Of a DNA stretch of 64,000 nucleotides, positions 22,089-34,432 are shown piece after piece (position 1 is the first letter of the stretch; each line of letters begins with the position of its first letter). Source of the stretch: an uncultured Deinococcaceae bacterium (GTDB lineage Bacteria; Deinococcota; Deinococci; Deinococcales; Deinococcaceae); NCBI GenBank assembly GCA_964252075.1, contig CAXULY010000004.1, positions 128,001 to 192,000 on the forward strand, in the 5' to 3' direction. The notes below the pieces were generated by a model. The model was not told the DNA's origin and made no database searches. It worked only from the letters and a program-made list of their open reading frames with translations. Position numbers and translations under genes: made by a program.

Positions 22089-23060
22089 ATGGATGAAGAA
22101 CTCACTATAAGGGACCTGTACGAGGTGCTGCGGCGCTACCGCACCCTCCTCATCGCGCTGCCGCTGGCGGTGGCGGTGCTGGTCTTCGCGGTCGCCAGCT
22201 TCCTGCCGCGCACCTACGCTGCGGAGGCGGTGCTGACGGTGGGCATCGCGGCCACCGCCCCCACCGACAGCGGCAACATCTTCGACTTCGACCCCAAGCT
22301 GCTGCCCACCCCCGGCGCGCTGGTGAGCGCCTACCAGTCGAGCGCGCCTGCGCGGCTGGCAGGCAGCTGGCAGACGGACGCGCGCAGCGTCCTGCAGGAC
22401 TTCGAGGCCACCCAGGACGACCAGAGCAGCGCCCTGACCCTCACCGCGAAGGCGCACAGCCCGCAGGCGGCGCTGAGCCGCGCGCAGGCCGCCGCGTCGG
22501 ACTTCAAGAGCTACGTGAACACCGTGGCGGCGAGCGTGCTGAACACCAGCCTGGGCACCGTGCAGCGCCGGGTGCAGGTGCAGCTCAGCACGGACTCCGA
22601 GCTGGTGCGCGAGTTGCAGCGCCTGCGCGCGCAGACGCCCCCCATCCTGCCGGGCGTGGGGCAGTCCACCGTGCGGGACCAGCTGGAGGCGGCGGGCGTG
22701 GACCCCCGGTACGCGGGCGCGAGCGACGAGTCCGCCAACCCGGCCTTCACGCTGCTGACCGTGCAGGTCGCGCAGAATCAGGCGCGCGTCGCGAACGATC
22801 AGGCGACCCTGGCGCGCCTGAAGTCCCTGCTGGCGGACAAGCCCGGGCAGCTCGCGCTGGCGGGGCAGCTGGTGCAGGTGAACCTGCTGGGCGCGCCCAG
22901 CCTGCCCCTCAAGGCGCAGGGCCTGGGGCCCGCCACGCTGGCGGTGCTGGCGTACCTGCTGGCGCTGGTGGCGACCGTGCTGTGGGCGCTGCTGCACCAC
23001 GCGGTGCGCGGCCCCGAGCCGCGTGCGCAGGGGCGCCGCGCGGTCGTGACGGGCGATTGA
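22089..23060 (+). CDS. Wzz-like polysaccharide chain-length determinant family protein
   Basis: EELTIRDLYEVLRRYR + TM + P.TY.AEA; coiled coil; C-terminal P-rich + TM. Confidence 0.7.
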   Translation: MDEELTIRDLYEVLRRYRTLLIALPLAVAVLVFAVASFLPRTYAAEAVLTVGIAATAPTDSGNIFDFDPKLLPTPGALVSAYQSSAPARLAGSWQTDARSVLQDFEATQDDQSSALTLTAKAHSPQAALSRAQAAASDFKSYVNTVAASVLNTSLGTVQRRVQVQLSTDSELVRELQRLRAQTPPILPGVGQSTVRDQLEAAGVDPRYAGASDESANPAFTLLTVQVAQNQARVANDQATLARLKSLLADKPGQLALAGQLVQVNLLGAPSLPLKAQGLGPATLAVLAYLLALVATVLWALLHHAVRGPEPRAQGRRAVVTGD

Positions 23061-23071
23061 CCGTGCCCAGG

Positions 23072-23109
23072 AGAAGAGGGGCCGGGGAGGAATCCCCGGC
23101 CCCTCTTCT
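23072..23109 (+). terminator. intrinsic terminator-like hairpin
   Basis: AGAAGAGGGGCCGGGGA-GGAA-TCCCCGGCCCCTCTTCT. Confidence 0.7.
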
Positions 23110-23153
23110 GGTTGTCGGGGGCGCGCCTTGGGGATGGGGCGTAGACTGTCGGC

Positions 23154-25781
<2,628 letters not shown>

Positions 25782-26141
25782 GCGGCAGGCCGCGCGGACC
25801 AGGACCACAAGCTGAACCGCGCCACGACGAGCGGTCTGGCGGGGCCCTTTGGTCTGTCGCACGCACCTGATTTTGCCGCACCTGAACGCCTTCCGTGCTG
25901 GGTGCGGCCCGGCGCTGCGCGCTTTCAGCTGGGGCTGGATGGTGGGGTCGCCCGGACCGTGGAGCGTCGCCTCCCTTCGGCTGGCCCCCGGACCTGCTTG
26001 AACGTGAGGCACCTGACGCTGGTATGATGCTCCCAGGTCTGGCCGCCCCGAGGGGCATGGCCGACGGGGCTGAGCCCCAATGCACACCCGACGTGGCACC
26101 CGACAGGGGGCCACCCGTCTGCTGTGCCGCGAGGTTGATTC

Positions 26142-27484
<1,343 letters not shown>

Positions 27485-27488
<4 letters not shown>

Positions 27489-28129
27489 CGGTCGTGGCTG
27501 CGGCGGTGCAGCGCGACAAGGACCAGAAGGACCAGGAGAAGAACCCGGCGCGCCGTCGGCGCCGACGCCGGGGCCGCGGTGGCGTGACGAAGACGCCCGC
27601 CGCGCCGGTCGTGCGCGCGGTGGAGCGGCCGTCGCGGCCCGCGCGGCGGCCCGCGAGTGAGCCGCGCATCGGGGTGGGGTGCGTGGTGCTGCGCGGGGAC
27701 ACGGTGCTGCTGGTGCGCGAGCGGGGGCGCTGGAGCCTTCCGAAGGGTGGCCTGGAGCCCGGCGAGCTCATTCAGGACGGCGCGCGGCGCGAGACGTGGG
27801 AGGAGACGGGCCTGGAGGTGGAGGTGCGGGACCTGGCGTTCATCGTGGAGTTCCGCGCGAACAGCTGGGGGCATCACCTGCAGTTCTTCTACGTCGGGCG
27901 CGAGACGGGCGGCACCCTGGGGCCGCGCGACCCGGACCAGGAGGTGCAGGAGGCGCGGTTCGTGCCCATCCGGGAGTTGCGGGAGTACATGCGCTTCCGG
28001 CCGCGCCTGGTGGCGCTGGAGGGGTGGTTGCGGGACCGTTCCGCGCGGCATTACGTGTTCAACCTGGATGCGGAGCCCGCGATGCTGCGGCGGCGCCGGC
28101 GGGTGGAGCCGGGCGAAGCGGAACGGTGA
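27485..28129 (+). CDS. Nudix hydrolase
   Basis: GGLEPGELIQDGARRETWEETGL Nudix box; GTGA overlap with dnaB. Confidence 0.88.
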
Positions 28130-28132
28130 GTG

Positions 28133-28164
28133 GAGGGGCTCGGTCACACCAGACCGAGCCCCTC
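28133..28164 (+). terminator. hairpin after dnaB-nudix
   Basis: GAGGGGCTCGGTC-ACACCA-GACCGAGCCCCTC. Confidence 0.6.
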
Positions 28165-28223
28165 ACGCTTTGCGCCGCTGCACACCTTCCTGCTGGGCGC
28201 TTGAGCTTGGCACGCCCAGTACA

Positions 28224-28240
28224 TTCTGTTAAAATCAGAA
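28224..28240. promoter_or_regulatory. RDRM-like (DdrO operator) 17-bp palindrome overlapping the -10 box
   Basis: TTCTGTTAAAATCAGAA within ACATTCTG-N7-CAGAATGT; TAAAAT 6 nt before GTG 28242. Confidence 0.75.
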
Positions 28241-28241
28241 T

Positions 28242-28442
28242 GTGAAACAGAAATTCCGCACCGACCCCTTCCCGGCCAGCGGGCGCGGCTTCATCCACGT
28301 CTGCCCGGGCTGCGGTGGGCTGCTGGACCTGCGCGACCTGCGCGACGGCGACCAGGCGTACTGGTGCCCCACCTGCGAACGCGGGCACCGCGCGGGCGAC
28401 CCGCCCGCCAGCGCCCTGCGCCCCGACGCGCCCCTCCGCTGA
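28242..28442 (+). CDS. small zinc-ribbon protein (two CxxC), possibly DdrS-like
   Basis: CPGCG and WCPTC..GH motifs; leaderless with RDRM. Confidence 0.75.
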   Translation: MKQKFRTDPFPASGRGFIHVCPGCGGLLDLRDLRDGDQAYWCPTCERGHRAGDPPASALRPDAPLR

Positions 28443-28493
28443 CCCACCCCCACCCCCGATTTTGCGCCCCCGTTCTTACGCTATCCTGGGCGC

Positions 28494-29180
28494 GTGAGCA
28501 CCCTGGACGGCAGCGTCATCGCGGTGACCGGCGCCGACCAGGGCTACGGGCGCGCCATCAGCGCCGCCCTCGCCCGCGCCGGCTGCAGCGTCGTGCTGGT
28601 GGGCGGCAACCCCGAGGCGCTCGCGAGCCTCGCCTCGCGCCTGGAGCGCAGCGGCGGCACCGCCATCCCCATCAAGGCGGACGTGGAGGTGCCGCTCGAC
28701 TTCATCTCCGCCATGAACCGCAGCATGGAGATCTTCGGCGCGCTGCACGGCGTGGTGCACCTCGCGGACAAACGCGCGCACAGCAGCTTCCCGGTGCTGA
28801 GCGAGGGCGAGTGGATGGACCTCTTCAACTGCAACGTGAAATCCAGCGTCGCCATCGCGCAGACGCTGCTGCGCCGCCTCAAGGGCACGTGGCTGACCGT
28901 GGTCGGCCCGCACCTCGACGAGACGGGCCTGCACGTGCCCGCGCAGCGCGGCGCGCTGGAGGGCCTCACGCGCGGCGCGGCGGGCGAGAAGCTGCGCATG
29001 AACCTCGTGCTGCCCGGCCGCACGTCCGGCGGCGAGGAGCACGACCGCCCGCTCGCGGAGGCCGTGCTGGCCCTCGCCCGCCCGGCCCTCGCGCACCTGC
29101 GCGGCAACATCCTGGAGGTGCCGCTGCCGCCCGTCCCGAAACGCCACTACGAGTTCAGTGCGGACGCCGATGACGCCTGA
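28494..29180 (+). CDS. atypical SDR-fold oxidoreductase
   Basis: VTGADQGYGRAI Rossmann motif; canonical YxxxK not evident. Confidence 0.8.
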   Translation: MSTLDGSVIAVTGADQGYGRAISAALARAGCSVVLVGGNPEALASLASRLERSGGTAIPIKADVEVPLDFISAMNRSMEIFGALHGVVHLADKRAHSSFPVLSEGEWMDLFNCNVKSSVAIAQTLLRRLKGTWLTVVGPHLDETGLHVPAQRGALEGLTRGAAGEKLRMNLVLPGRTSGGEEHDRPLAEAVLALARPALAHLRGNILEVPLPPVPKRHYEFSADADDA

Positions 29181-29195
29181 CGCTGGAGCCCGCGC

Positions 29196-29642
29196 GTGAA
29201 GTGCCCGTACTGCTCCGCGCCGGACAGCAAGGTCGTGAACTCCCGGCCCAGCGACGACGGCGCCTCCATCCGGCGGCGCCGGGAGTGCCTCGCGTGCGCG
29301 CGGCGCTTCACCACCTACGAGCGCGCGCAGCTGGAGCCCGTGATGGTCGTGAAGCGCGGCGGCACGCGCGAGGCCTTCAACCCGGATAAACTGCTGCGCG
29401 GCCTCACGCTCGCCGCCGAGAAGCGCCCCGTGAACCCCGAGACGCTGCGCGCCTTCGCGTACGGCTTCGAGGACGAGGTGGGCGCGCCCGAAATCGGCAG
29501 CGAGGAGATCGGGAAGCGCGCCATGAATTTCCTGAAACCCCTCGACGACGTGGCGTACATCCGCTTCGCGAGCGTGTACCGGGAGTTCGACAGCCTGGAG
29601 CGCTTCATCGAGGAGATTCGCGGCCTCAAGGACGAAGCCTGA
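29196..29642 (+). CDS. nrdR: transcriptional repressor NrdR
   Basis: MKCPYC..SKVVNSR..IRRRRECLAC..RFTTYE, ATP cone, VAYIRFASVY. Confidence 0.97.
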   Translation: MKCPYCSAPDSKVVNSRPSDDGASIRRRRECLACARRFTTYERAQLEPVMVVKRGGTREAFNPDKLLRGLTLAAEKRPVNPETLRAFAYGFEDEVGAPEIGSEEIGKRAMNFLKPLDDVAYIRFASVYREFDSLERFIEEIRGLKDEA

Positions 29643-29696
29643 GGGCAGGCCCACGAGGAACGCCCTGTCTCCCCTGCTGACCGGGGCGCGTTTCCT

Positions 29697-30302
29697 TCAG
29701 GGGCGGGGTGGGGCGGGCACTATGGGCGTTTCGTTCTCGGGTTTGCGCCCGCGCCGCCCGGCGTAGAAGACCCGCATCTTCTCGAAGTCGGCGTCCATGT
29801 TGCCGCTCGGGGTGATGTAGCCCGCCATGCCGACCTCGCGGCGCGACCAGTCGAAGTACGTGAGGCCGATGGGGACGCCCGCGCGCAGGGCCATGTGGTA
29901 GAAGCCGCTCTTCCAGTGCTCGCCGCGCGCGCGGCTGCCTTCGGGCGCGACGACCAGCATGATCTCGGGCGCCGCGCGGATGAGGTCCACGACGGCCTGC
30001 ACGAAGTTCCCGCCGGTCTTGCGGCGGTCCACGGGCACGCCGCCCCAGGCGCGCAGCAGGGCGCCCAGCGGGAAGCGGAACAGGGAGTGCTTCGCGACGA
30101 ACTTCACGGGCGCGCCTGTCGCCCACGCCCACAGGATGCCCACCGGGAAATCCCAGTTGCTGGTGTGCGGGTACACCACAGACACCACCTTGTCGGCGGG
30201 CGGGGGCACCAGCACCGCGCGCCACCCGAACAGGGCCAGCAGCAACCGGGCGAGGCGCATGCCGAGGGTGATGCGGCGGGGGTTCCAGTGGTGCGCGCTC
30301 AT
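29697..30302 (-). CDS. lysophospholipid acyltransferase (PlsC family)
   Basis: PHTSNWD (HxxxxD), APEGSR, WKSGFY. Confidence 0.9.
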   Translation of the reverse strand: MSAHHWNPRRITLGMRLARLLLALFGWRAVLVPPPADKVVSVVYPHTSNWDFPVGILWAWATGAPVKFVAKHSLFRFPLGALLRAWGGVPVDRRKTGGNFVQAVVDLIRAAPEIMLVVAPEGSRARGEHWKSGFYHMALRAGVPIGLTYFDWSRREVGMAGYITPSGNMDADFEKMRVFYAGRRGRKPENETPIVPAPPRP

Positions 30303-30362
30303 GCCTGCACTCTAGAGCCTGGTGGGCGCGCCCGCCTGACGCGCGCCCTCATGTTCGGGGGG

Positions 30363-30440
30363 CAATAAAAAACCCGCCCTCTCAGGCGGTGATGGACAAA
30401 GAATAGCGCGGTATGCACGCCGTGTCAAGGTCATGCAGTG
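30363..30440 (-). repeat. direct repeat copy 1: sigma70 promoter + tiny hairpin/terminator cassette
   Basis: Minus strand TTGACA-17-TATTCT, then ATCACCGCCTGAGAGGGCGGGTTTTTT; near-identical to 31394-31470. Confidence 0.85.
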
Positions 30441-30458
30441 GCAGGGGCGTCCGGCGGT

Positions 30459-31355
30459 TCAGCGCGCCTCCTGAAGCGCCCACTCCACGATCACGCGGCA
30501 GCGCTCGGGGTCGATGGTGAGGCCCACGCCGAGGCCCCACAGCCAGTAATCCAGGGCGCGCAGCAGCGTCCAGTCACGCGCGAGGGACGCGTCCAGCTGG
30601 GCGGCGTCCACCAGCAGCCCGAAGTGCTCCTCCAGCCCGCCCCCATCCAGGATGTCCTCCAGGCGCGTCCAGAGCAGGCGCGCCACCGCCACCTCCGGGC
30701 GGCCCACCCGCACCATGGGGTCAATCGCGAGCCACGGCGCGCGCGTGCCCGCGAGCACGTTGCGGTGGTGCAGGTCGTCGTGGATGAGCAGGCGGCTGGG
30801 GTCCTGGCCGAGCGCGCCCGCGAGTTCACGCGCGCGGTCCCGCAGGGCGGCACTGAAGGGCTCGCCGCAGGCCCGCCAGCGTTCATCCAGGGTGTCGGTG
30901 AAGGTCCGTGCCCAGTCCCGCAGGGTGGGGAGGCCACCCGGGGCAGGGATGCTGAGCTGCCGCAGCAGGCGGCCCGCCTCGTGCACGGCCTCCGCGATGG
31001 GGCGGTCGTCCAGCGTGCGGGTGGCGTCCAGGCGCTCCAGCAGCAGGGCGTGGCGGGGCGCGTCCGCGTCGAGCAGCAGCACCGCGCCGCATCCCGCCCA
31101 GGCGCGCAGGGCGCTCACCTCGTCCCGGACGGGCATGGCGGGCCAGGAGAGGCGCAGCACGAGGCGTTCCTCCTGGCGACGCACGGGCAGCGCGAGGCTG
31201 AGCGCGCCGTGCCGGGGCGCGCCGTCCGGCGTGAGGCCCCACCGCTGGCAGAACGCGTCCGCCTGGGCGGGCAGGTCGCGCAGCCAGTCCCGACCCAACG
31301 CGCCCGCCTGCCGGATGATGGGCGAGTCCGCGAGGCCGGGCGGGACGGTCAGCAC
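30459..31355 (-). CDS. aminoglycoside/hydroxyurea phosphotransferase, APH(6)-like
   Basis: GAVLLL..ALLLERL, LIHDDLHHRNVL, WLAIDP. Confidence 0.85.
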   Translation of the reverse strand: MLTVPPGLADSPIIRQAGALGRDWLRDLPAQADAFCQRWGLTPDGAPRHGALSLALPVRRQEERLVLRLSWPAMPVRDEVSALRAWAGCGAVLLLDADAPRHALLLERLDATRTLDDRPIAEAVHEAGRLLRQLSIPAPGGLPTLRDWARTFTDTLDERWRACGEPFSAALRDRARELAGALGQDPSRLLIHDDLHHRNVLAGTRAPWLAIDPMVRVGRPEVAVARLLWTRLEDILDGGGLEEHFGLLVDAAQLDASLARDWTLLRALDYWLWGLGVGLTIDPERCRVIVEWALQEAR

Positions 31356-31393
31356 ACCCGCACTGTCGCGCCGCGCGCGGCGGGAATCAAGCC

Positions 31394-31470
31394 CAATAAA
31401 AACCCGCCCTCTCAGGCGGTGATGACAAAAGGATAGCGCGGTATGCAGCGCGGGTCAAGGTCATGCAGTG
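31394..31470 (-). repeat. direct repeat copy 2: sigma70 promoter + tiny hairpin/terminator cassette
   Basis: Minus strand TTGACC-17-TATCCT, then ATCACCGCCTGAGAGGGCGGGTTTTT. Confidence 0.85.
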
Positions 31471-31474
31471 AATC

Positions 31475-32788
31475 TCACTGGATGGCCTGCGCGTTCAGGT
31501 CCAGGCGCAGGTCGCCCTGCGCCTGCGCGGTCAGGATCACGCCCGAGGCGTCCACCCGCACGCCGCTGAGTTGCAGGGCGCTCACGCCGCCCGCGAGGCT
31601 CACGCCGGGCGCCAGCGTCCAGGGCAGGCGCGCGCGCACGCCCGCCAGCGCCCGCGCGAGTTGCGGCGCGGTGTCGAAGCGCGCGCTGTCCGCGACGAAG
31701 GCCTGCGCGCGCTGGTCCGCCAGCCACCCAATCACGCGCCCCGTGAGGCCACTGCGGCGCGTGTGCACCTCGGCGTCCGTGAGGCGCAGCACGCTGCCGT
31801 CCAGCGCGGGCCGCCCGCTCACGTCCACCACGGCGTTCACGTGCAGGCCCAGGGCGCGCAGCGTGACGTGGCATTCGGCGTTCAGGCGCTCGCCGCGCAC
31901 GCTCACGCGCACCTGCGTGACCTGCAGGTGCGGGTTCAGCAACGTGGGCAGCTGGATGTCGCGCGCGGCGGCGGCGCGCGTGGCGAGCTCCGAGAGCTGC
32001 GCGGGCGTGAGGCGCAGCGGGAGCGCCACGTGCAGGCCCGCGCCCTCGGGCGGGCGCTGGCGCAGCGCGGGCAGCGGCGGCGCGAGCGGCGTGGCGGTGG
32101 GGAGCGCGCCCAGCCCGCCGCGCGCCGTGAAGCGCGCCTGCAGGGTGAAGGTCACGGCCTGCGCGTTCACGCGCACGGGCGTGACGCTCATGGCGAGGGG
32201 CTGCACCGCGAGGTACGCGGGTTCGGGCGTGGGGAGCGGCCACGGCTGCGCGAGGCGCGCCCACAGCGCCTCCGCGCGCGGGCGGAGGTTCGTGGCGCGC
32301 GCGAAGGCGTCCTGCACGGCGCTCCCCAGGCGGTCCAGCTGCGGGCGCACCAGTGGGTCAATGAGGGGCGTCAGGGAGATGTGCGAGCCCAGCACGTCGA
32401 AGCCCATGGGGTCCGTCCAGCTGTAATCCGCGCGCACCGTGACGCTCGCCGTCCAGTTCTCGTTGAGGTGCGGCGTGAGGTGCAGCAGCACCTCCGCGCG
32501 GCCCGTGAAGGTCTTGTTCAGCACGCCGCCCGTGGCGGTCACGCGCGCCTGCACGGGCAGCGCGACGCGCAGGCCGTCCCCCTCGGGCTGCACGCTCACG
32601 CTGCCGCCGCGCGTCACGACGCCCGAGAGGTGCACGTTGCCGAGCGCGCCGCCCGCGAGCGGCTGGTCCTGCTCGAAGGTCGCGAGTTGCTGCGGGACGC
32701 GCGCGTCGGCGGCGGCCGCGAGGCCCGCCACGCTCACCGTGACGGGCAGGCTCAGGGTGGACGGGGCGGGCGGGGTGGCGTCCATCAC
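31475..32788 (-). CDS. DUF4403-like beta-rich hypothetical protein
   Basis: STLSLPV, LWARLAQPW.L...YL.VQP pattern; long ORF with genome-typical codon usage. Confidence 0.65.
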   Translation of the reverse strand: MMDATPPAPSTLSLPVTVSVAGLAAAADARVPQQLATFEQDQPLAGGALGNVHLSGVVTRGGSVSVQPEGDGLRVALPVQARVTATGGVLNKTFTGRAEVLLHLTPHLNENWTASVTVRADYSWTDPMGFDVLGSHISLTPLIDPLVRPQLDRLGSAVQDAFARATNLRPRAEALWARLAQPWPLPTPEPAYLAVQPLAMSVTPVRVNAQAVTFTLQARFTARGGLGALPTATPLAPPLPALRQRPPEGAGLHVALPLRLTPAQLSELATRAAAARDIQLPTLLNPHLQVTQVRVSVRGERLNAECHVTLRALGLHVNAVVDVSGRPALDGSVLRLTDAEVHTRRSGLTGRVIGWLADQRAQAFVADSARFDTAPQLARALAGVRARLPWTLAPGVSLAGGVSALQLSGVRVDASGVILTAQAQGDLRLDLNAQAIQ

Positions 32789-32834
32789 GCGCTCAGCTTC
32801 GCGCGCCGCACCTGACGCGAGGTGAGCGTGGCCC

Positions 32835-33476
32835 TCACGCGAGGCTCTCCAGGCTCGCGATGCCGTGCTTCAGGGCGTACAGCGCCGCCTGCGTGCGCGA
32901 CTCCAGCCCCAGCTTGGAGAGCAGGCGCGACACGTGCGTCTTGACGGTCGGTTCGCTGATGTTCAGCTCCGTCGCCACGTCGCGGTTGGAGAGCCCGCGC
33001 GCGATGAGCTGCAGGGTCAGCACCTCGCGCGGCGTGAGGTGCTCGCGCATGTCCGGCGCGCGGAATTCCCGTACGAGGCGCCGCGCGGCCTCCGGGTGCA
33101 GGTACACCTCGCCGCGCGCGGCGGCGTGAATGGCGGCGGTGAGCATCTCGCTGCCCGCGTCCTTCAGGAGGTACCCGCTGGCGCCCGCCTGCACCGCGCC
33201 GTGCACCTTGTGTTCCTCCAGCGCGCTGGTGAGCGCGATCACCTCGGTGTCCGGCAGTTGCGCGCGGATCTGGCGGGTGGCGCTGATGCCGTCCATGACG
33301 GGCATCATGAGGTCCATCACGACCACGTCCGGGCGCAGCGCGAGGGCGCGCTCCAGGCCCTCCTGGCCGTTCGCGGCCTCCCCCACCACCTCCAGGTCCG
33401 GGTCGAGCGAGAGGTACATCTTCAGGCCCATGCGGACCACTTCGTGATCGTCGACGAGCAGCACGCGCACACTCAT
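32835..33476 (-). CDS. NarL/LuxR-family response regulator
   Basis: VLLVDDH, DVVVMDL.MP..DG, GYLLK, LTPRE..GLSN..TVKTHVS. Confidence 0.95.
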   Translation of the reverse strand: MSVRVLLVDDHEVVRMGLKMYLSLDPDLEVVGEAANGQEGLERALALRPDVVVMDLMMPVMDGISATRQIRAQLPDTEVIALTSALEEHKVHGAVQAGASGYLLKDAGSEMLTAAIHAAARGEVYLHPEAARRLVREFRAPDMREHLTPREVLTLQLIARGLSNRDVATELNISEPTVKTHVSRLLSKLGLESRTQAALYALKHGIASLESLA

Positions 33477-34432
33477 GGCTGCACCTCCTCAATGTTGATG
33501 TCGCCGCTGGTGGTGTTCACCACGAGCCGCAGGGTGTCCTGGGCGTTCCCGGCGCCCGCCGGGCGGCCCTCACGGGTGAAGTCGTCCGGGAGGCTCACGT
33601 CGCCGCTCGTGGTGTGCGTTGTGAGGCGCACCGGGACGCCCGCCGGGACGCGCACCGTCACGTCGCCGCTCATGGACGCCACGCGCGCCTCACCGCCCGC
33701 CGCGAGGCTCACGTTGACGTCCCCGGACGTGGAGTTCACCGCCACGTGCTGGAAGCGGTGCCCGCTCAGGTCGATGTTCTGGTCACCGGACAGGGTGTTC
33801 GCCGTGAAGCTCGGGGCGGGCCGCGCCGCCCCACGGTCCCCGAAGCGCACGCTGAGGTCGCCACTCAGGCTGTTCAGGCGCACGTCGCCCGTGAGGCCTG
33901 CGGGGAGGCGCGCGTCGAGCGTGCCGGAGGTGGTGTTCGCCTGCAGGCCCTCCAGGCGCGCGTCCTCCAGGTGCAGGTTGAGGTCCCCGGAGATGAGGCC
34001 CACCTGCACCTGAGTGGGCACCGCGCGCGTGACGCTCAGGTGCCAGCTGGTGTCGTGCGAGGTGAGCCACGACAGGCCGCCCGGGCCGTGCGCGGAGTAC
34101 GTGAGGTTCAGGGTGCCGCCCGAGCGGGAGGTGCCGCGGTCCACGGTGCCGCCGCCGTTCAGCTGCCCGCTGAGGGCGCGGCCCGGCAGGTCCGCGCTGT
34201 CCAGCGTGAGGTCACTGCGGTCGCCGTTCACGCGCAGGTGCAGGGCGCTCGCGCCGCCCAGCGCCTCGCTCTGGGTGAAGGTGCGCTGCGGGCCGTTCGC
34301 TGCGGGCGCGCGGTCATTCTCGGGGTGGAGGCTCAGCCGGAAGGCGCCGGAGGCGAGTGCGAGCACGCCCAGGCTGATCAGCATGCGGCCCAGGATGGCG
34401 GGCGCGGGTTGCGGGGGGTGCGGGGTGGTCAC
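33473..34432 (-). CDS. DUF4097/adhesin-like beta-strand repeat protein with N-terminal TM
   Basis: Repeated (T/S)xSGD(V/L) units. Confidence 0.8.
   Translation of the reverse strand: MTTPHPPQPAPAILGRMLISLGVLALASGAFRLSLHPENDRAPAANGPQRTFTQSEALGGASALHLRVNGDRSDLTLDSADLPGRALSGQLNGGGTVDRGTSRSGGTLNLTYSAHGPGGLSWLTSHDTSWHLSVTRAVPTQVQVGLISGDLNLHLEDARLEGLQANTTSGTLDARLPAGLTGDVRLNSLSGDLSVRFGDRGAARPAPSFTANTLSGDQNIDLSGHRFQHVAVNSTSGDVNVSLAAGGEARVASMSGDVTVRVPAGVPVRLTTHTTSGDVSLPDDFTREGRPAGAGNAQDTLRLVVNTTSGDINIEEVQP

Noticed and set aside
25782..26010. Intergenic stretch considered as SRP/6S/other ncRNA
   Set aside because: No recognisable conserved motif; GC-rich pairing is expected by chance
30392..30406. 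4-codon mini-ORFs (MDKE / MTKG) on the + strand of both repeat copies
   Set aside because: Peptides are not conserved; equal length is explained by fixed -10-to-TSS spacing on the opposite strand
30363..31470. Repeats considered as a CRISPR array or IS ends
   Set aside because: Only two copies about 1 kb apart, direct not inverted, and no cas or transposase gene
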